A stretch of 64,000 nucleotides of DNA from Bdellovibrionales bacterium. GTDB taxonomy: Bacteria; Bdellovibrionota; Bdellovibrionia; Bdellovibrionales; JAGQZY01. The notes beneath the pieces are model-generated. The model was not told the origin of the DNA and ran no database searches. It saw only the letters and a list, made by a program, of their open reading frames with translations. Below, in pieces: positions 58,066 through 64,000 of this stretch. The position numbers and the translations under genes are program-made. The DNA lies in assembly GCA_964230645.1 (NCBI GenBank), contig CAXRHT010000001.1, positions 864,001 through 928,000 on the forward strand, read 5' to 3'. Numbering within the stretch: the first letter of the stretch is position 1; the number at the start of each line of letters is the position of its first letter.

Positions 58066-59250
58066 TTAAACTAATACCTTCTTATTTCTGATTCTGTTGC
58101 TCGGGAGCTTGATGGCAACAAGAGCGCCTTCCTTATTATTAAAAGAAAGTGTCCCACCCATTCTCTGGATTAAATTGGTTACCACATAGATACCAACACC
58201 CCCCTTAGGGTTTTCTGAAGGGAAGGAGCCTTGATTGAGTTGAGTTAAGATCGACTCAGAAAATCCGGGACCGTTATCTGATATATTAATCATGGAGTCC
58301 GAGCAGTAAATACGTATTTCGGGGTTTAAGATGTGCTTTGAAATTAAGGCTTTCTTGGAGTTCAGAAAAAAACTAATAAAAATCGATTCAAACTGCGTTC
58401 GATCCCCATACACTTCGCACTGGTCGTCGCACTTTACAGTGATTCCTTTTTTTTGAAGTTCCAATAATGAGGCACTCTTAGTAACTATCTCCTCTAAAGA
58501 AATCCAATCCTTAGACTCATGAGCTACATGAGCTATATAGTTCAGATCTCTTAAAATAGTCTCGCTTCTCTCAATTTTTTTATAAACTCGGTCTAATTTG
58601 TCAGATAGCCTTTTGTTACTGTTTTTGAGAGCCTCTTTACGTAGGAGATCAAGATCGAACAAAGGGCTTGCGATCATCCCCTTCACATTATGAGCAATAG
58701 CTGTTGAAACTTGCCCAATGACCGAGAACTTTTCTAGAGATTCGTATTGAAAACTCCTGTTTTGGCTTAAGGTTGAATTGAGGACTATACCTAGAATCGA
58801 AGTCGTAATGATAGCTGTAACTATATCTGACTGTTGGGTTTGACTTACCATGATTTGGTAGGTCTCAAAGGTGTAAAAGAAAGCACTTAGATAAGTGGCA
58901 GATCCTAGTAAAATCAGTATGACGTAGTTTCTCTGACTGATTGGCATAAATAAGGGATAAAAGCAGGTGGTTTGAATATAATTTATAAAATAAAGGGGGC
59001 GGTAGAACTGGGAATAGGAACCATAAAGGTAGGAAATCATTCCTATAATAATGGTTAGAGCTGCCCACCTTTTTTTTAAATAAAGAAGACAGCCTAAACT
59101 TAGACTCAATGAAAAACCCATTTTTACGGAAAAATAGACCCAACGCTCAGATGCTGGCACATGAGGAAATTCGGAGAGGCTAACTATTAAAATTAGTATC
59201 GGATAAATAATAGCGATTAGTTTTATTCGCTTATCGAAATTTGTAGTCAT
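58066..59250 (-). CDS. Membrane sensor histidine kinase
   Basis: Multiple TMs, IAHNV H-box, DNGPGF, GGVGIY. Confidence 0.85.
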   Translation of the reverse strand: MTTNFDKRIKLIAIIYPILILIVSLSEFPHVPASERWVYFSVKMGFSLSLSLGCLLYLKKRWAALTIIIGMISYLYGSYSQFYRPLYFINYIQTTCFYPLFMPISQRNYVILILLGSATYLSAFFYTFETYQIMVSQTQQSDIVTAIITTSILGIVLNSTLSQNRSFQYESLEKFSVIGQVSTAIAHNVKGMIASPLFDLDLLRKEALKNSNKRLSDKLDRVYKKIERSETILRDLNYIAHVAHESKDWISLEEIVTKSASLLELQKKGITVKCDDQCEVYGDRTQFESIFISFFLNSKKALISKHILNPEIRIYCSDSMINISDNGPGFSESILTQLNQGSFPSENPKGGVGIYVVTNLIQRMGGTLSFNNKEGALVAIKLPSNRIRNKKVLV

Positions 59251-59908
59251 AAACGAATTTGTAGCCTTTATTTCTTTCAGAGATGATCATCGAAGCGATC
59301 GTAGGAGATTTCTTTTTTAAATTACTAATATGGGTATCAAGTACATTACGACTAAGATGCTTTCCTTCTCCCCACACCCAATTTTGAATCTGATCCTTTG
59401 AGACCCACACCGACTCTTGTCCGAAGAGTAAACTAAATATCTTATATTCCGTGGAGGTTAAATTGACCGATTCATCATCGACAATGACCTCCGAGTTCAG
59501 AGGATCTATCCTCACACTTTCCAAGCCTGATTTTTTTTGCTTTGCTTTAAGCTGATATTCCGAACGTGCCGCCTGAATACACTCGATTAAAGACTCACAA
59601 GAAAAAGGCTTCTCAAGGAAACGAAACACACCCTTGTTAAGGGCTTCGATTACTAGATCCTTGGTTCCAAAGGCTGTGATCATAATAACAACCGGCTCTA
59701 TTTCTAATCGAGCCATGATTTCAAGAATCGCAATACCCTGATTCTCACCTAAGTTATAATCACAGATCACGACACTTATCGGTTCAGCAATTAGGACCTT
59801 TTCTGCTTCCGATAGACTGAAAGCTTTTAGCACTGGGAAATGAGGAGATACCCCATCCTCTAGACTTAGAGCTAAATCTACATCATCCTCAATTATTAAA
59901 ACCGACAT
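59231..59908 (-). CDS. Response regulator (REC + OmpR-type wHTH)
   Basis: IEDD, CDYNL, ITAFG, KPF, LTSTEY, HISNLKKK, GY. Confidence 0.9.
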   Translation of the reverse strand: MSVLIIEDDVDLALSLEDGVSPHFPVLKAFSLSEAEKVLIAEPISVVICDYNLGENQGIAILEIMARLEIEPVVIMITAFGTKDLVIEALNKGVFRFLEKPFSCESLIECIQAARSEYQLKAKQKKSGLESVRIDPLNSEVIVDDESVNLTSTEYKIFSLLFGQESVWVSKDQIQNWVWGEGKHLSRNVLDTHISNLKKKSPTIASMIISERNKGYKFVYDYKFR

Positions 59909-60030
59909 GCTTTAACTTACCAAATATTGATTATTATTCACCAAAATAAATTAACTTCATTTATCTTGAGCAAAACTTGAGCAAACAAGGGGTATTTAAT
60001 CTGAGAAGATTAAATAAAAAAGGGGATAGT

Positions 60031-60312
60031 ATGGAAATTAGGCTCGATAAGACCTTGCCGCGGCTGATCAAATCGAAAAACATAAGTATTTCATATTTAG
60101 CTAAAAAGACAAAAATCTCCCCTTCAACACTTTATGAGTGGAAAAACGGCAGAATCCCTCAAAACATTACCCATGTAAAAACGGTCGCGACCGCACTTGA
60201 AGTTCCACTCCATTATCTTCTTTTCGAAACGTCGGACCCTTTTTCTCAGGAAGTTCAAATCGACACTCTCGCTCTCGAAGGTCAGTATGAGGTCTCTATA
60301 AAACGTAGATAA
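60031..60312 (+). CDS. XRE-family HTH regulator, paralog of 57341-57610
   Basis: ISPSTLYEWKNGRIPQNI..VA.ALEV.L.YLL. Confidence 0.85.
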   Translation: MEIRLDKTLPRLIKSKNISISYLAKKTKISPSTLYEWKNGRIPQNITHVKTVATALEVPLHYLLFETSDPFSQEVQIDTLALEGQYEVSIKRR

Positions 60313-60569
60313 TGTTAAGCGACCGTTTAATTTTGATTTCTAGACAACTAGGCTGCGGTGGCTGCCTCTCGTAGGGACGATCAAACTTATGTAAAAAGGC
60401 CCGTGAACATGGGGCGCTGATCAAGTATATCTTTAAAATCCACCAGATGGCTCCATATTTTCATCAAATCGAGGAGATCAAATATTCTGGGAATGACGAG
60501 CCTCCTATAAACCACGAACTTCTGTAGCTTTTAGGGACTAAAACATTTGAGAGTAAATGGTTTTGGTTA

Positions 60570-61124
60570 TTATCTCCAGTCCCAAATAATCAGAGACCAT
60601 TTCTCACCCTCTGGTGATTCATACACTTTAAAGACTTCAAAGCCGATCTTTTCGTGGGCTCGTATTGATCTTTTGTTCTGCTCTAGGACTTCCGTTACGA
60701 CTGCATCAAAATCAGTTTTCATCTTTTCTTTCATGAACTCGTAGATCTCGCTAAATAAGCCTTTTCCGCGATATTCTTTTTCGATACATACCTGGCCCAT
60801 GATAAAAAAGTTTAAATTATTTAATGGGGTTCCATTGAATTTGGACTTACTGATCTCTAAAAACATTGGTTTTAGTATTTCCAGCTCGTCCTTAAATGAC
60901 ATTAGCATAACTAGAGCGTATCCAATAACTTTACCCCCATCTACTGCGATAATATGCTGGTACTCGGTGTTCATTCGTCTTAACAAATCTATGGAATGAT
61001 CTGCTGTGACGAATCCTTCTTTGATTCTGTCACTTTCATTGAGGGACTTTGCCAGATTCTTTTTCTGTAGGTGGTAAATCTGCTCTAACTCATTAGGTGT
61101 TTCACATTTTTTGATCTTTACCAT
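60570..61124 (-). CDS. GNAT-family N-acetyltransferase
   Basis: GQVCIEKEYRGKG, N.RSIRAHEKIGF. Confidence 0.88.
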   Translation of the reverse strand: MVKIKKCETPNELEQIYHLQKKNLAKSLNESDRIKEGFVTADHSIDLLRRMNTEYQHIIAVDGGKVIGYALVMLMSFKDELEILKPMFLEISKSKFNGTPLNNLNFFIMGQVCIEKEYRGKGLFSEIYEFMKEKMKTDFDAVVTEVLEQNKRSIRAHEKIGFEVFKVYESPEGEKWSLIIWDWR

Positions 61125-61284
61125 TATTAACTCATTCTGTGCATACTAAGCTTTGCACGCATTGTCCTTACAATCTGGATTTATGATTGAAGCTTTTGTT
61201 GATTCTCAAGGGTATCCAACAGGTGATTTTTATTACACTCTCCTCAAGTGGGTCCAAAGATATTAAGCTAGCTGTAAAATTTTA

Positions 61285-62619
61285 CTATTTTGGCCGCCCC
61301 CAATCCTTCAACACCCCTCGATAGATCTGGTTTGGGGTTCCAAATAAAATAGTACTTTGGCCAGTAACTACCTCTCTTACGTTTCGCCCACCATTTACCT
61401 GGGAGGCCCTTTGTGGCGATAATAAACCAGATAGAAAGCTTCTAGCGGATAGGAATCGGTATCTCTGCCCTCCTGACTCTACAGGCGTTAAAAGTGGTGT
61501 GAGTTCGAAAAATAAACTCATCCTGCGATCTTCGCTGCGAATAACAGCTTCTGTGTCGACATCAATTGTTTTCACCTGCCGTTTATTGAACCCATGGTTT
61601 GGATTGATCCAGAGGCCTTGCCCGGTTCCTTTTGAGACGTCGATGCTATTACTAACAATCACTATGGGGAGATCGAGTCTGCAACCAGAACTGTCTTCAA
61701 TCTTCGCTCCTGACATTCTTCGAAAGACTGGTGTTGATAGCTTGAAGTGACATTTCCACTTTTCATTTTTTCCAAGATTATTTAGGTTTTCACTGACCCA
61801 CTGGCTTCCGGATCGATAGTGGAGGAACTGAAAGCTGGCATCTGGACGCAGTCCCCTTAGTGTGTACACCACAAAAGAGAGATCTTTTGGTGAAGGAGTT
61901 TGATTTCCAGGTAGTGCTAAAGAAACGTCTCTGACCAGATTGTGTGGGCGTCGCTCGACATTTTCAATTCCTGCTGGGTGGCGGGCAAAAACCCAGTACT
62001 CCAGGTGGTTAAGAGAAGGCACGCCAAAACGCTGAGAGGTTGAATAAGAGCGGCTTGAAAAATCAAAAGCTGAACGTAGGGGCAAATCATAATGAAGCGC
62101 TGGTGGGTTGTTACTAGCAGACCGATCGACGTAAAGGGCTGGATTGAACTGATCAACTATAAGGTGATTAGGTGCTGACTGAGAGACCTTTGTTTTAACC
62201 CCTTGGTAATCGTTGCGTCCGGCCTGCTCGGGATTATACTTATTAGCGTGATAGCGATCTCTAAGAGCACCTAACATCCCTTTGCCGTAACCAGGCTGCC
62301 CAACTTCGTAGTGCTTTGGAAGGCCTCGAAAGTTTGTTAAGACGGCGCTCCACAGATATCCTCCCCCCTCTTCGTTAAAGCCAAAATCCACGAATTTATT
62401 AGGATAGCCTGGCATTCGGCTTCGAACTCTGTGGGTGACCCAGTCATGCTTTGGGCTGTTCTTCAATAGAGATGCGGGCTCAAGATAGGGATTGGTTTCA
62501 TTATGGAGCTCCCCTTCTTGCCAGGTCAGGGGTCCTATTGGGACTTGAGCTGAGGTCAATTGAGAAGTGAGTATTGTGGTGATTGCTATAAGTATTGAGG
62601 TGATGAGTTGGTTTTTCAT
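61285..62619 (-). CDS. Secreted hypothetical protein
   Basis: AGGAG RBS, signal peptide, 444-aa ORF. Confidence 0.7.
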   Translation of the reverse strand: MKNQLITSILIAITTILTSQLTSAQVPIGPLTWQEGELHNETNPYLEPASLLKNSPKHDWVTHRVRSRMPGYPNKFVDFGFNEEGGGYLWSAVLTNFRGLPKHYEVGQPGYGKGMLGALRDRYHANKYNPEQAGRNDYQGVKTKVSQSAPNHLIVDQFNPALYVDRSASNNPPALHYDLPLRSAFDFSSRSYSTSQRFGVPSLNHLEYWVFARHPAGIENVERRPHNLVRDVSLALPGNQTPSPKDLSFVVYTLRGLRPDASFQFLHYRSGSQWVSENLNNLGKNEKWKCHFKLSTPVFRRMSGAKIEDSSGCRLDLPIVIVSNSIDVSKGTGQGLWINPNHGFNKRQVKTIDVDTEAVIRSEDRRMSLFFELTPLLTPVESGGQRYRFLSARSFLSGLLSPQRASQVNGGRNVREVVTGQSTILFGTPNQIYRGVLKDWGRPK

Positions 62620-62631
62620 TGCCTTACTCCT

Positions 62632-63672
62632 TTATTGGTAATCTTTTAATTTGAGAAAGTACCGATGTCCTAGAAGTCTTAGGCCCTCATTTGAAAAGTG
62701 ATAATTGTCCCCACGGCCTCCGCTCCCATCATTCAAATCTTCATTTGAGGGAAGCCCTTGGGTTCTCACGACACTAACTGAGTTGAAGCTTTCTTCCATG
62801 TCAAAAAAGATTCTCTTTATTCTCTGTTTGGCTCTTGAGATAGAAAGAGGAGCTTGATTAGGGCGATGCCAGGCTTGCCATTGATCGACTGGCTGTCCAA
62901 TGAGAAATGCAAAACACTCCGAGCTATTCTCACAAAATCGCCTTCGAAGGTTTAAATGAAGATTTAAAAGCCTATTGCGATAAACATTGCTATGAAATTC
63001 AAAGAATCTGTTCGGGTTCAAGGGTTCATGATCAACAAGGTGCCAAGAGTTACCCCCTGACATCGCCATGATATCGGCCTCACCCTGTTGCCACAAAACA
63101 GCCACCAATTTGTTCTCGGGGTTTTGCCTAAGAGCTTTGTGGATTCTCGTGATCATATTTGCGTAAAGGTAACGACTGTCGTTTCGACCAGATAAGTTTT
63201 GGACCAAGTGATCCCAAGCCAAAATGGAAGTGGCTCCCTTTGCTACCGGAACTATGAGGAGTTTGCGGCCCGATTGAAGAAGATGCCTTGAGTAGCGTCT
63301 AGCAAAGGACTGTCCGAATCCATGATTGCCATCATCTTGATAGGAGACGTGCTGAAGCTCTCTAGTACCTCCATCAATAATATTTATGCTTCTATCAGCG
63401 TTTAGATTTCGTCCCACCTGGCAAATATTACTTAAAACACTGGGCTGGGTGTAATAAGAATTTTCAAAGACAGAGCCTCGACCTGCGCCCACCGCGTTGG
63501 ATTGTCCAGCGATCACTACAATATCGTAGCCGCCAGTGAAGTTCTCATCACAGTTTTGATTCGCAAAAGCATTTATGGAACCTAATTGTAAAAAGACTAG
63601 GAGCAAGGTGCTTTTTTTAATGAAACAAGACCTAACTGGTCCAAGACAAAAATAGATAAACGTTTTAATCAT
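62632..63672 (-). CDS. Sialate O-acetylesterase/CE6-like SGNH hydrolase
   Basis: AGQSNA, VAKGATS, WQQGEAD, DNYHF. Confidence 0.88.
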   Translation of the reverse strand: MIKTFIYFCLGPVRSCFIKKSTLLLVFLQLGSINAFANQNCDENFTGGYDIVVIAGQSNAVGAGRGSVFENSYYTQPSVLSNICQVGRNLNADRSINIIDGGTRELQHVSYQDDGNHGFGQSFARRYSRHLLQSGRKLLIVPVAKGATSILAWDHLVQNLSGRNDSRYLYANMITRIHKALRQNPENKLVAVLWQQGEADIMAMSGGNSWHLVDHEPLNPNRFFEFHSNVYRNRLLNLHLNLRRRFCENSSECFAFLIGQPVDQWQAWHRPNQAPLSISRAKQRIKRIFFDMEESFNSVSVVRTQGLPSNEDLNDGSGGRGDNYHFSNEGLRLLGHRYFLKLKDYQ

Positions 63673-64000
63673 TACTCCCCCACTTCATTTTCCCTTTGCA
63701 ACTTGATCTTAGTTTTGTTGAATCCAGATAAAAAAGAAATCCACTTTTTTGCAAAAGGAAGATCTGCTCTTAAGTCACTAATAATTGGAAGCTTTTCAAC
63801 GAGCTAGTTTTAGAGAGTCTCGAATTGAGAAGGGATTGCAGTTTTTTTTGATTTCTAAACAACTTCTTGAAAGTATTCTCAAGTTTATTTCACCCTTTAA
63901 TTCTAAACTCAGATCAAAAAGGTGGTGACTATGAAAATAGTTAAAATTAAGACAGAAAGTATCGCTCACCTCTCCTACCTAATTATTTCAAATAACGAGG

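Overview
Chromosomal window from a bacterium that looks like Bdellovibrionota. This is inferred from gene content, [FY]QNC-type lipoprotein signals, C-terminal CxxxF secreted proteins, a GldA/F/G-DUF4340 operon and many sigma54-type promoters. Positions 1-43.3 kb hold core and accessory genes: the tail of an ammonia-lyase/halogenase/ligase cluster, guanine deaminase, spore photoproduct lyase, an ABC transporter, THUMP methyltransferase, ETF-QO, rpmB/rpsR/rplX-like genes, many secreted proteins and two REP-like palindromic elements. tRNA-Pro(TGG) at 43261-43337 is followed by an accessory region. Its first operon (43695-49215) is the most striking feature: an RHH regulator, a 517-aa protein with two LAGLIDADG-like motifs in internally repeated halves, a 330-340 aa unknown protein, and two alpha-class SPPY (probably m4C) DNA methyltransferases. 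This is a candidate restriction-modification or defence system built on a homing-endonuclease-like fold. Further right are lipoproteins, hydrolases and two related HK-RR / divergent XRE-HTH modules. A perfect 16-bp inverted repeat (27003-27018 and 27281-27296) carrying the translation starts of two divergent HEXXH genes is a second notable signal. All family calls are from motif recognition by eye; no searches were run.
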